A DNA stretch of 64,000 nucleotides. Origin: the human T2T-CHM13v2.0 reference genome, Homo sapiens. Below are positions 1 to 12,588 of the stretch, piece by piece. Each line of letters opens with the position of its first letter. Position 1 is the first letter of the stretch. The stretch is from NCBI GenBank assembly GCA_009914755.4, contig CP086569.2:2976001-3040000 (forward strand), in the 5' to 3' direction. The notes beneath the pieces are model-generated. The model had not been told where the DNA came from and searched no databases. It saw nothing but the letters and a program-made list of their open reading frames with translations. The translations under genes and the position numbers were made by a program.

Positions 1-1135
<1,135 letters not shown>

Positions 1136-4100
1136 AGCATTTCTGGACCTGCCTGGAGGCTAGGGGAAGTCATTGCCCTTAAGGCAAAGACACAAGCCTA
1201 TCCGGTTTTACCACCTGCTGACTGCAGAGCCCTACTGCTTTGACCAGGCAGAGGTGGTATCCAGGTAGTGGTTACAACAGACTTTGGGCAAGACTTAGTG
1301 CTATGCTTGCTTCAAGTCTGACTGAGTACAGTCCCAGCGGTGGCGGCCACAAGGGTGATTATGTCACCCCTCCCACAGTTCCAGGCGGCTCAGCACAGAG
1401 AGAAAGACTCTGTTTGAGAGAATGTAAGAGAAGAGAACAAAAGCCTATGCCTGGCAATCCAGATAATTCTTCTGGATCTTATCCAAGACTACTAAGGCAG
1501 TACCTCGACGAGTCTGCAAAAACCATAGTGTTACTTAGCTTGGGGTACCACACAATGCAGATATGGCTGCAGTGACCAAAAATTTAGATCACAAAACTCA
1601 AGTCCCTTTGAATAACTGAAAAATTTTCCCAAAAAGGACGAGTACACACAAGCCCAGATTGTAAAGACTGCCATAAATACCTAACTCTTCAATACCTAGA
1701 CACCAAGGAACACGCGCAAGCATCAAGACCACAAAGGAAAATATTACCTTACCAAAAGAAATAAATAAGTTACCAGAGAACAATCATGGAGAGACAGAGA
1801 TACGTTATCTATTAGACAGAGAATTCAAAATAGCTGTTTTGAGGAAACTCAAAGAAATTCAAGGTAACACAGAGAAGGAATTCAGAATCCTATTATACAA
1901 ATTTAACAGGTTGAACTAATTAAAAATAAATAAAGAATCAAACATACATTCTGGAGTTGAAAAATGCAATTCACATTCTGAAGAGCATCAGAGTATTTTA
2001 ACAGCAGAACTGATCAAGCAGAAGAAGATATTGGTGAGATTTGAGACATGTTATTGGAAAATAGAAAATCAGAAGAGTCAAAAGAAAAAAGAAGAAAAAG
2101 CAATGATTCATGCCTACAAAATCTAGAAAATTGCCTGAAAATGGCAAATCTAAGAATTATTGGCCTTAAAGTGGAGATAAGAATGAAAAATTTATTCAAA
2201 GATGTCAGTATTCGAGTACAAACACCAAGAAGATTTATCCCAAAGAAGACTACCTCAAGGCATTTATAATCATCAAACTGTGAAATGTCAATGATAAAGA
2301 TAGAATCCTAAACGCAGCAAGAGAAAAGCCACAAATAACATACAATGGAGATTCAATATGTCTGGTAGCAGACTTTTCAGTGGAAACTTTACAGGCCAGG
2401 AGAGAGTGGCATGACATATTTAAAATTCTGAGGGAAAAATCTACTAACCTATAATAGTATATTGAGTAAAAATGTTCTTAAAGCATGAATAAGAAATAAA
2501 GATTTTTCTCAAAAAAAATGGAGGGATTTTATCAACATGAGACTTGTCAAAAAAATTCTAAAGGGAGTTTTTCCATCTAAAAGTAAAGGAAGTTAATGGG
2601 CAATAAGAAATCATTTGGAAGGTACAAAACTTACTGGTAATATTTAGTACACAGGAAAACACAGAATAACACTGTAATTGTGAAGTGTAAACTAGTCTTA
2701 TCTTAAGTAGAAAGTTGAAAAGATAAACCCATACAAATTATAACTACAACAACTTTTCAGTACATAGATAGTACAATAAGATGTAAATATAAACAACAAA
2801 AAGTTAAAAAGCAGGGGACAATGTTAAAGTGTAGAATTTTTATTACTTTTCCTTTTGCTTCTAAGTTAGTTTTTGCAGTCAGCATAAAGTTGTCATTAGT
2901 TTAAAATAATGGGTTACAATATACTATTTGCAAGCCTCATGGTAACCTCAAATCTAAAACCACACAACAAACACACAAAAAATAAAAAGTAAGAACATAA
3001 GACACACCACCAGAGAAAATCACCTTCGCTAAAAGGAAGACAGGAAGGAAGGAAAGAAGGAATAGAGAACCACAAAACAACAAGAGAACAAATAACAAAA
3101 TGCCTGGAGTAAGTCCTTACCTATCAATAATAACATTAAATGTAAATGGACTAAATGTTTCAATTAAAAGATATAGGGTGGCTGAATGCATAAAATAAAA
3201 TACCCAATAATCCGTTGCTTACAAAAAAACACACTTCACCTATAAAGGCATATGTAGACTGAAAATAAAGGGATAGAAAAGATACTGCATGCTAATGAAA
3301 ACCAAAAAAGATACAGGAGTAGCTGTACTTACACAAAATAGACTTCAATACAAAAACTATAAGAAGAGACAAAGAAGGTCAGTATATAATGATAAAGGCA
3401 TCAATTTAGAAAGAGGATATAACAATTGTAAATATATATATGTACTAAACACTGGAACACAGAGATATATAAAGCAAATATTATTAGAGCTAAAGAGAAT
3501 GTGACGGTTAATGTTGAATGTCAACTTGATTGGATTGAAAGATGAAAAGTATTGTTCCTGGGTGTGTCCCTGTGAGGGTGTTGCCAAAGGAAATTAACAT
3601 TTGAGTCAGTGGGCTGGGAGAGGCAGACCCACCCTCAATCTGGGTGGGCACCATCTAATCAGCTGCCAGCATAAAAGCAGGCATGGAAAGTACAGACTTA
3701 CTGAGTCTTCTGGACTCCATCTTTCTCCCATGCTGGATGCTTCCTGCCCTCAAACATCAGACTCCAAGTTCTTCAGCTTTTGGACTCTTGGACTTACACC
3801 AGTGATTTGCCAGGAGCTCTTGAGCCTTTGGCCACAGACTGAGGGCTGCACTATCAGCTTCCCTACTTTTGAGGTTTTGGGACTCGGATTATCTTCCAGG
3901 CTCCTCAGCCTGCAGACAGCCTATTATGGGACTTTACCTTGTGATCGTGTGAGTCAATTATCCCAATAAACTCCCCTTCATATATTCATCTATCGTATTA
4001 GTTTTGTCCGTTTAGAGAACCCTGGTAAATACAGAGAGAGGTAGACCTGAATACAGTAACAGCTGGAGACATCAACATCCTATTTTCAGCATTGGACAGA

Positions 4101-5284
4101 TCATCCAAACAGAAAATAAATGAAGAAACATGAACTTAATTTGCACCATACAAAATAGACCTATTAGCTATTTTCAGAATATTTCATCTAATGGTGGCAG
4201 AATATACATTCTTCTCCTCAGTACGTGGATCTTTCTCAAACACAGACCATATGATAGGTCACAAAACAAGTCTTAAAACATTCAAAACCTTTAAATGGTA
4301 TCAAGCACCTTATCTTACTGTAATGGAATAAAACTAGACATTAATAATAAGAGGAATTTTGGAACCTATACAAATACATAGAAATTAAACAATATGCTCC
4401 TGAATGGCCAGTGGGTCAATGAATAAATTAATAAAGATATTAATAAATCTCTTGAAACAAATAATAATGAAAACACAACATACTAAAACCTATGGGGTAC
4501 AGAAAAGCAATACTAAGATGGGAGTTTGTATCTATAAGTTCTTACATCAAAAAAGAAGAAAAACATAAAATAAACAGCCTAATGATGCATCTCAAAGAAC
4601 TAGAAAAGCAAGAGCAAACCAAACCCAAAGTTAGTAGAAGAAATAATAAAAATCAGAGCAGAAAGAAAAGAAATGGAAATTAATAAAATAACACAAAAAA
4701 TCAACGACACAAAATGCTGATTTTTTGAAAAGACAAACAAATTTGATGAAACTTTACTCAGACTAAGAAAAAAAGAGAGAAGATCCAAAGAAATAAAATC
4801 AGAGGTAAAAAAAATATATATTGCAACTGACACCACAGAAATTGAAAGGAGTGGCTATTATGCTCCACTATATAGCAATAAATTAGAAAACCTAGAGATA
4901 GATATATTCCTAGACACATACAACCTACCAAGATTAAACCATAAAGAAATCTAAAACATAAACAGACCAATAATAAATGACAAGATCAAATTTGTAATAA
5001 AAATTCTCCCAGCCAAAAAAAAAAAAAGCCTGGAATTCTATGGCTTCATTGCTGAATTAAACAAAAAATTTAAAAAAACCGATACCAGTCATAGTAAAAC
5101 TGTTCCAAAAAATAGAAGAGGAGGGTGTACATCCAAACTTTTTCTATGAGCCCACTATTACCCTGATACCCAAATCAGACAAAGACACATCAAACAAAGA
5201 AAACTGCAGGTCAGTATCCCTGATGAACATTGATACAAAAATCCTGAAGAAAATAGTAGCAAACCAATTTAACAAAACATGAAA
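1136..5284 (+). mobile_element. Older LINE-1 (L1PB/L1MA-like), 5'-truncated: partial 5'UTR, ORF1 remnants, inter-ORF and the first ~60% of ORF2; interrupted by a solo LTR
   Basis: ORF 2048..2269 has the ORF1 motif RPNLRIIGLxE. Positions 2270-2420 encode ..ILNAAREKxQITY..SVETLQARREW. The ORF2 start (LNVNGLN) lies at ~3140. Positions 4040-5280 encode GDFNTPLS..DRS.. then [32 protein letters not shown], and the segment ends at ..NRIQQHI. Many stops; not intact. Confidence 0.8.
3499..4034 (+). mobile_element. Solo LTR (ERVL/MaLR-like, subfamily not assigned) inserted into ORF2 of the older L1
   Basis: A ~535 bp block splits otherwise contiguous L1 ORF2 codons (…LKRE | GDFNTPLS…). It begins tgt… and ends ctggtaaatacag, the characteristic MaLR-type terminus. 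It contains the common primate LTR motif caccctcaatctgggtgggcaccatctaatcagctgccagc. The 122-aa ORF 3601..3969 lies wholly inside it. Confidence 0.6.
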
Positions 5285-5596
5285 CTGGAAACCCTCATTC
5301 TCGGCAAAGTAACACAAAAGAGAAAACCAAACACCACATGTTCTCACTCATAAGTGGGAGTTGAACAATGAGAACACATGGACACAGGGAGGGGAACATC
5401 ACACACCAGGGCCTGTTGCGGGGTGGAGGCCTGGGGGAGGGATAGTATTAGGAGAAATACCTAATGTAAATGATGAGTTGATGGGTGCAGCAAACCAACA
5501 TGGCACATGTATACCTATGTAACAAACATGCACATTGTGCACATGTACCCCAGAACTTAAAGTATAATAATATAAAATAAAATAAAATAAAAAGAT
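5285..5596 (+). mobile_element. Tiny 5'-truncated L1PA 3' end (last ~25 ORF2 codons, 3'UTR and A-rich tail) nested inside the older L1 ORF2
   Basis: Sequence gaaactggaaaccctcattctc…aaaccaaacaccacatgttctcactcataagtgggagttgaacaatgagaacacatggacacagggagggg…cctaatgtaaatgatgagttgatgggtgcagc…acttaaagtataataatataaaataaaataaaataaaaag. The host L1 reading frame resumes exactly (…NQFNKT | KIIYHGQVGFSQGMQV…). Confidence 0.85.
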
Positions 5597-6050
5597 TATC
5601 TATCATGGCCAAGTGGGATTTTTCCCAAGGATGCAAGTATAGTTCAACATATGCAAATCAATGAATATGATACAACATGCCAACAGAATGAAGGACAAAA
5701 ACCATATGATCATTTTAGTTGACACTAGAAACACATTTGATAGAATTCAATATCTCTTCATTATAAGAACCTTCAAAAAACTAGGAAGAGAAGGAACTTA
5801 CCTAAACATAATAAAAGCCATATATGACACACCCACAGCTAGTATCATACTGAATGGAAAAAAAAACCGCAAGTTTTTCCTATAAGATCTGAAACATGAC
5901 AAGAATACACATTTTCAACACTGTTATTCAGCATAGTTCTGAAAGTCCTAGATAGAGAAATTTCACAAGAGAAAAAATACAGGGCATCCAAATTGGAAAG
6001 AGAGACATTCTTATTTGTCAGTGATATGACCTTATATTTGGAAAAATCTA
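5597..6050 (+). mobile_element. Continuation of the older L1 ORF2 (RT domain) after the nested L1PA 3' fragment
   Basis: ORF 5661..5885 reads [64 protein letters not shown], the L1 RT region with mutations; it ends near ..DMTLYLE. Confidence 0.8.
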
Positions 6051-6062
6051 ATTACCATGAAA

Positions 6063-8480
6063 AATCTTTTACCCTGATACCCCACTCAGACAAAGACACA
6101 TCAAAGAAAGAAAACTACAGGCCAATATCCCTAATGAACATTGATGCAAAAATCTTCAAGGAAATACTAGCAAAACGAATTCAACAACACATTGAAAAGA
6201 TCATCTATCATGACCAAGTGGCATTTTGACTTCATCAAAGACTATTATTAATAGTACATTTGCAGGATATAAAATCAACATACAAAAATCAGTAGCATTT
6301 CTACATGCCAACAATGAACAATCTGAAAAATAAATCAAGAAAGTAATCCCTTATACAATAGCTACAAATTAAATAAAATGCATAGGGCTTACCATAATGA
6401 AAGTGAAAGATATCTACCATGAAAACTGATCAAAATTAATCAAGGCAGTGAAAGACCTCTACAAGGAGAACTGCAAAACACTGCTGAAAGAAATCATAGA
6501 TGACACAAACAAATGAAAAAACGTGATCCATAATCATGGATTGGAAGAGTCAGTATCATTAAAATGGCTATGCTTTGATTCAACACTATTCTTATCAAGA
6601 TACCAACATCATTTTTTTACAGAACTAGAAAAAGACTATTCTAAAATTTATATGAAACCAAAAAATAGTCCAAATTGCCAAAACACTTCTAAGCAAAAAG
6701 AACGAAGCCGGAAGGATCACATTATTTGACTTCAAACTATACTACAAGGCTACAGTAACCAAAGCAGCATAGTAGTGGTACAAAAACAGACACATAGACC
6801 AATGGAACAGAAGAGAGAATGCAGAAACTAAGACATGCCATCTACAGCCATCTGATCTTCAACAAAGTTAATGAAAATCTGCAATGAGGAAAGGACGTCC
6901 TATTCAAAACATGGTGCTGGAATAGCTGGCTAGCCATATGCAGAAACGTAATTTCTTCATGTACAAAAATTAACTCATTTCTTCATGTACAAAATTTCTT
7001 CATGTACAAAAATTAACTGAAGATAAACACTTAAATGTAAGAGCTCAAGCTATAAGAATCCTAGAAGAAAATCTAGAAAACACCATTCTGAATATTGGCC
7101 TTGGGAAATAATTTATGACTAAATCCTCAAAAGCAATTGCAACAAAAATATTGACAAGTGTGACCTAATTAAACTAATAAGATTGTGCACAAGCAAAGAC
7201 ATTATCAATAGAGTAAATTGACAACATACAGAATGGGAGAAAATATTCACAAACTATGCATCTGACAAAGGTCTGATATCCAGAATGTATCAGGAATGTA
7301 AGCAATTGAACAAGCAAAAAGAAATCCCATTAAAAATGGGCAAATTCCACGAACAAACACTTCTCAAAAGGCATAAAACTAGCCAAAAAATATAAAAAAT
7401 GCTCATCACTACTCATCAGAGAAAGGCAGACCAAAACCAAAATGAGATATTATTCCACACCTGTTACAATGGCTATTTTTCTTTTCTTTTTTTTTTTTTT
7501 TTTTGAGACGGAGTCTCCCTCTGTCACCCAGGCTGGAGTGCAGGAGTGCATCTCTGCTCACTGCAAGCTCTGCCTCCCAGGTTCACGCCGTTCTCCTGCC
7601 TCAGGCTCCTGTGTAGCTGGGACTACAGGTGCCCGCCACTACGCCCGGCTAGTTTTTTGTATTTTTTTAGTAGAGACAGGGTTTCACCGTGTTAGCCAGG
7701 ATGGTCTCAATCTCCTGACCTCGTGATCCACCCGCCTCGGCCTCCCAAAGTGCTGGGATTACAGGCATGAGCCTCCGAGCCCGGCCCACAAGGGCTATTA
7801 TTAAAAAGTCAAAAAACAACAAATGTTGGTGAGGCTGCAGAGAAAAGTGAATGCTTCTACATTGTTGGTGGGAATGTAAAGTAGTTCAGTCACTGTGAAA
7901 AAACCGTTTTGTGATTTCTCAAAGAACTTAATACAGAACTGCCATTTGACCCAGGAATCCCTTACTGGGTATATATCCAAAAGAAAATAAATCATTCTAT
8001 CAAAAAGACACATGTATTTGTGTATTTATCACAGCACTGTTCACTGTACCAAAGACATGGAATCAACCTAGAGGTCCATCAATGATGGATTGTATAAATA
8101 AAATGGGGTACACAGACACCATGAGATACTATGCAACTATAAAAAAGAATGAATTCATGTATTTCGTAGCAACATCAGTGCAGCTGGAGGCCATTATTCT
8201 AAGCTAATTGATGTAGGACCAAGAAATCAAATACCACATGTTCTGATTTATAAGCGGGAGGTAAACACTGGGTACTCATGGACATAAAGATAGCAATATT
8301 AGAGAGGGGAGAGACGGAGGGGTCAGGGCTTGAAAAATGAACTACTGGGTACTATGCTCACTACCTGGGTGATGGGATTAATTGTACTTCAAACATCATC
8401 ATTATGCAATATACATGCAACAAACCTGCACATGTACCCCCTTGAATCTGAAATAAAATTTGAAAATATATATTAAAAAA
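6063..8480 (+). mobile_element. Separate older L1 (L1PB/old L1PA-like) 3' 2.4 kb: ORF2 from ..TLIPxxDKD to the stop, 3'UTR and A-rich end; carries an Alu insertion
   Basis: ORF 5993..6229 (…[50 protein letters not shown]) re-starts ORF2 about 230 codons upstream of where feature 5597-6050 ended. The two copies therefore overlap in L1 coordinates and are separate elements or a duplication. The 3'UTR at 8230-8470 matches the L1PA/L1PB type (gggtactatgctcactacctgggtgatggga…cctgcacatgtaccc). Confidence 0.75.
7481..7786 (-). mobile_element. Alu (AluS-like), antisense, inserted in the L1 ORF2 of feature 6063-8480
   Basis: Poly-T at 7481-7504, then ttttgagacggagtctccctctgtcacccaggctggagtgcagg … ggattacaggcatgagcctccgagcccggcc. 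Flanking direct repeat ggctatt(t) on both sides. Confidence 0.95.
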
Positions 8481-8484
8481 AGAA

Positions 8485-9540
8485 ATGCTAAGGGGAGTTT
8501 TTCAAGTTGAAATAAGAGGATGCAAACTAATACCATAAATATTTATAAAATTATAAAGCTCACTATAAAAGTAAGAATATAGTTAAATTCAGAGCACATT
8601 AATACTGTAACGGTGTATATTATAACTTTAATTGTCATATAAAAGTATACATCATTTTTAATTGTCACAAAAATTAGAAGAAAGTATTAAAATAATGATA
8701 GGTACAATAATATGTTAATGAATACATTATATATAAAAGATGTGAATTGCAGCATTAACAATGCAAAAGGTAGAGGAAGGAAAAGTTAAAATGTAGAGTT
8801 TTTTGTATGCAGTCTAAAGGAAGTTGTTATCAGCTTAATATAGGCTGATTTAACCATAAATTTTTTGTAAGCCTTATGGTAACCACAAAGAGAAAACCTG
8901 TAGTAGACGCACCAAAAATAGAGAACAGAATCAAATCATAGCATACCACTGCAGAAAAATCATCAATCACAAACGAAGAGCACATGTGAAGAAGAATGAA
9001 ACAAAGGAACAACAAAAACATTGAGAAAACTATTAAGAAAATGACAATAGTTAAGTTCTTACCTATAAATAATTACTTTAAATGTAAATGTATTAAAGTC
9101 TCCAATAAAATGTCATGGAGGGATTGAATCCATCAAAAAAAAAAAAAAGATCCAATTATATTCTGCCTACGGGATAAAGAAAACATGGTATATATACACA
9201 AGATAATATTATTGAGCCTTAAAAAAAAGGGACTAGTGAATGACATTTGTTAAATCATGGGATAAATTTGTAGGATGTTAAGTAAACCAGTCACAGAATA
9301 ACAAATACTGCATAATTTCACTTATATGTTAATTCTTAAAACGTCAAACTCATAACAGCAGAGAGTGCAATAGTGGTGACTCAAAGTCCTCTTTGGCGAT
9401 GGGATGGGAGAATGGGTAGATGTTTGTCAAAGGGTAAAAGATTTCTGTTAGAATGAATAAGTTTCAGAGGCCTATTGTGGAGCATGTTGACTATTTGATA
9501 ATAATGTATAGGGATACAATTTAAATGGTGTCACTGCTCA
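8485..9540 (+). mobile_element. Old L1 (L1M-like) copy with a large internal deletion: ORF1 C-terminus, inter-ORF and first ~30 ORF2 codons fused to the L1M 3' end
   Basis: 8485-9120 is paralogous to 2540-3170 of the first old L1 (ctaaggggagtttttcaagttgaaataag vs ctaaagggagtttttccatctaaaagtaaag; …taaatgtaaatg…). The A14 run at 9124-9137 is expanded Lys codons. 9300-9530 is L1M-type 3'UTR (…ggtgactcaaagtcctctttggcgatgggatgggagaatgggtagatgtttgtcaaagggtaaaagatt…). Confidence 0.6.
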
Positions 9541-9542
9541 AA

Positions 9543-9955
9543 TGTCATGTCAAATTGTAATCCCCAGTGTTGGTCATAGTGTCTTGTGGCAGGTGATTGC
9601 ATCATGGTGGTGGATCTTTCATGAATAGTTTAGCACCATCCTATAGGTGCTGTTCTCATGACATGAGACCCTGTTATTTAAAAGTGTTTAACACCTCCTC
9701 CCCAGCTTGGTCCTGCTCCTGCCATGTAAAATGCCTGTTCCCTCTTTGCCTTCCACCATGAATAAAGTTCCCTGAGGCCTCCCCAGATGCTGGCCATGCT
9801 TCCTGTATAGCCCGCAGAACTGTGAGCCAATTAAATGGCTCACAGAGCCATTTAAAATTCTTAACATTTAAAAGAGCCAATTAAAACTCTTTTCTTTATA
9901 AATTACTCAGTCTCAGTTATTTCTTTGCAGCAATGTGAGAATGGCCTAATACATA
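9543..9955 (+). mobile_element. MaLR solo LTR (MST/THE1-like) inserted in the L1M 3' end
   Basis: Begins tgtcatgtcaaattgtaatccccagtgttgg…ggtgattgcatcatgg. Ends …ctttataaattactcagtctcagttatttctttgcagcaatgtgagaatggcctaatacat, the canonical THE1/MST 3' terminus. The L1M 3' tail continues at 9956-10145 (actagcaagttgctaggagagtagatcttcaatattctcatcacaaaa…). Confidence 0.8.
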
Positions 9956-10145
9956 TACCATACTAGCAAGTTGCTAGGAGAGTAGATCTTCAATATTCTC
10001 ATCACAAAATAAATAAGTATGTGACGTGATGGATATGTTAGTTGATTTAATCATTTCATAATGTGTATATATATATATCAAAATGTAATATTGTACTCTG
10101 TAAACATATAAAATTTCTATTGGTCAAAAATACCTTAACACAGCT
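9956..10145 (+). mobile_element. Terminal part of the L1M 3'UTR, downstream of the MaLR LTR insertion
   Basis: Matches the L1MA/L1MB 3' end motif (..gtgaggtgatggatatgttaattaacttgattgtggtaatcattt..) in diverged form, ending in an A-rich stretch. Confidence 0.55.
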
Positions 10146-10460
10146 GTAAAAAATATATAAATCCACTGAAACAAATAAAAAATAAGCAAAGCAATAATTA
10201 ATTCCAGGCAAAATAAAATAAAGTCCACAAAAGAAAAAGTATCCAGACTATGTTATAAGTTGCCAGTAATATTCATAAAGTAAGGAGGCAAAATCTTGAT
10301 GATCTAAATAAAACCATAATAAAATTATATTCATAGGTGACTGTGAAATGTGCACATGTATATTGCAAAATGGGGATGAAAAATACAGCTAAATATTTAT
10401 ATTCCACAGTGACAATTCAATGGCTAATGTCCAAAATTATAAAATCAATAAATATCAATT

Positions 10461-12588
10461 GATATAGTTTGAATATTTGTCCCTACCCAAATCTCATGTT
10501 GAAATGTAATCCCCTGTCTTAGAGGTGGGGTCTGGTTGGCGATATTTGGATCGTGGGGTGGATCCATCATGAATGGCTTGGGCCATTTCCATGGTAATAT
10601 GTGAGCTCTCACTCTGCATGCTAATGAGATCAGGTTGTTGAAAAGTATGTTACACCCTCACCTCAGAATCTCTCACTCTCTTGCTCTTGTCCTGGTCACC
10701 TGATATGCCTGCTCTGTCTTTGCCTTCCACCATGATTAGAAGCTTTCTGAGGCCTCGCCAGAAGCAGATATTGCTATGCGTCCTATACAGCCTGCAGAAC
10801 CATAAGCCTGTTAAATCTCTTTTTATAGATTAGTCAGTCTTAGGTATTTCTTCATACCATTGCAGGAATAGTTTAATATAGCAATATTCAATCTTATTTA
10901 AAGAAATGGAGGTTAACATTTAAAATATTTTCTAAAATAGTTGAAAATGTCTCTGGGAAGGTATAAGTGGGGAATGAGGGGGTGAGCTATTTTTTTTCTC
11001 ACCAAATATTATAAAGCTATTTGATTTATTAAGCTATGTGCATATTTAATTTCTATAAGCTTAAAAAAGTAAAAGTAATAACACTGTAGCTGAAGAATAT
11101 TTCTTACTCTAAAGTACTCTGTTGTCAGAAAATTTGTCCCTATGTTTAAGGGTAGCAGCACAATCTTCTCTTGGTTCTGCTATGCTTCTTACAGTGTCTT
11201 TAGTAATTAGGATTCATTGTTAGCAAGCTTATATTTCACATTTTAATGTTAACTCTTGCAACGCCAACAAAGCAGTGAGGTTTAGTGGAAAACAGTCAGA
11301 ACTGGGAGAATGTGCTATAGTCCCTGCTGTGCTGACAAAGTCATAGTTGTGACTCACTTAAATTTCTGGGATTGAAATTCTTCATTTGCAATTCTTTTTT
11401 AGTTTTAAAATTGAGGCAGTAAGTAAGTTAGGTAAATTTGAAGTCCACTCTATTTGTATGATTTTCTGGTATTATCATTAATAAGAGAATCAAATGTCAC
11501 TTGGGTTTCGTAGGTCAATAAGCAATTACTATAAAGCAAATACAGAGTGTGGTCTTCTGGAATGAGTGTTGAATGAGACTTTCATCCTGGAAACCTACTT
11601 TTATTATAAGAAAATAACTGGTTCCGGGCAGTAAGCTGTATACCTTCACATTCACTGTTTTTTTCTCATTAATTTTTTTGCGTTTCCTTCACACAACCGT
11701 GATCCCAAGAGCATACATTCAGGATATTGAATAAACAGCTAGGCCATTCATTCTAGTCACTTTCATTCATGATTATGCCTATTGAAATTGAGTGGTATTT
11801 AGGTGATATTTAGCCAGCAAACTAGCGATACTAAATCTTAGCCTTGACATTGTTTCTTCTTGTGAGGTCTCTGAGAAAGATAAATACATAAAAACGCAAA
11901 GAATGAAAAACGAACACGATTGAATGTTAGGGTTTCGAGTCTAAAAGTAAATATTGAACTCTAGTAAGTTAGTATGAACTGCACTAGAAACTCATATTTT
12001 CTAAGTTATGTAGGTATAAATATAGATGAATTAAAGTAAAACCTAACCTTAGCTTCAGAACTCACACTTGTGATGTAATGAAATATTAAATAAGTCCTAT
12101 CTTCTACTATAAGAGAGAAAGGATCAAGGGAGCTGCCATAGTTTGGATGTCTGTTTCTCCAAATCTCATGTTGAAATTTGGTCCCCAGTGTTGGAGGTAG
12201 GGTCAAATGGTAGGTGTTTGGGTCGTGGAGTGGATCCGTCATGAGTGGCTAGGTGCTGTCCTCCTGGTAATGAGTGAGTTCATGCTCTATTAGTTCCTGT
12301 GAGAGCTAGTTGTTTAAAAGAGCCTAGCACTTCCCCACTTTATCTGTCTTTTTGTCTCTCTGTCTCTCTCTCTCTGCTTCCTGTCTCACCATGAAATTTC
12401 TGCACAGCTCAGCTCCCTTTCACTTTTCATCATGAGTAGAAGTAGTCTGAGGCCTTCATCAGAAACAGATGTTGGTGTCATGGTTCTCGTACACCCTGCA
12501 GAAATGTGAGCCAAATAAACTTATTTTTTAAATAAATTACGCAGCCTCAGGTTTTCCTTTATGGCAACACAAATGGACTATGGTAAGA
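10461..12588 (+). mobile_element. Structurally complete ERVL-MaLR element (MST/MLT1-like): 5' LTR 10461-10880, internal region 10881-12134, 3' LTR 12135-12588
   Basis: Two same-orientation LTRs share the diagnostic 5' ~150 bp (…agtttg(g)at.t.tgt..c(tc)c..aaatctcatgttgaaat.t..tcccc.gt.tt.gaggt.gggtc..atggt.gg.g..ttgg.tcgtgg.gtggatcc.tcatga.tgg.t.gg). Both end in MaLR termini (…cttaggtatttcttcataccattgcaggaatagtttaatata ; …cagcctcaggttttcctttatggcaacacaaatggactatggtaag). The spacer is 1.25 kb, the size of a MaLR internal region. No long ORF survives. Confidence 0.65.

Noticed and set aside
1240-1575. 111 aa plus-strand ORF
   Set aside because: It falls inside the residual 5'UTR of the old L1 at 1136-5284, upstream of its ORF1, with no protein similarity recognised.
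3601-3969. 122 aa plus-strand ORF
   Set aside because: Entirely contained in the solo LTR inserted into the old L1; LTRs routinely give chance ORFs.
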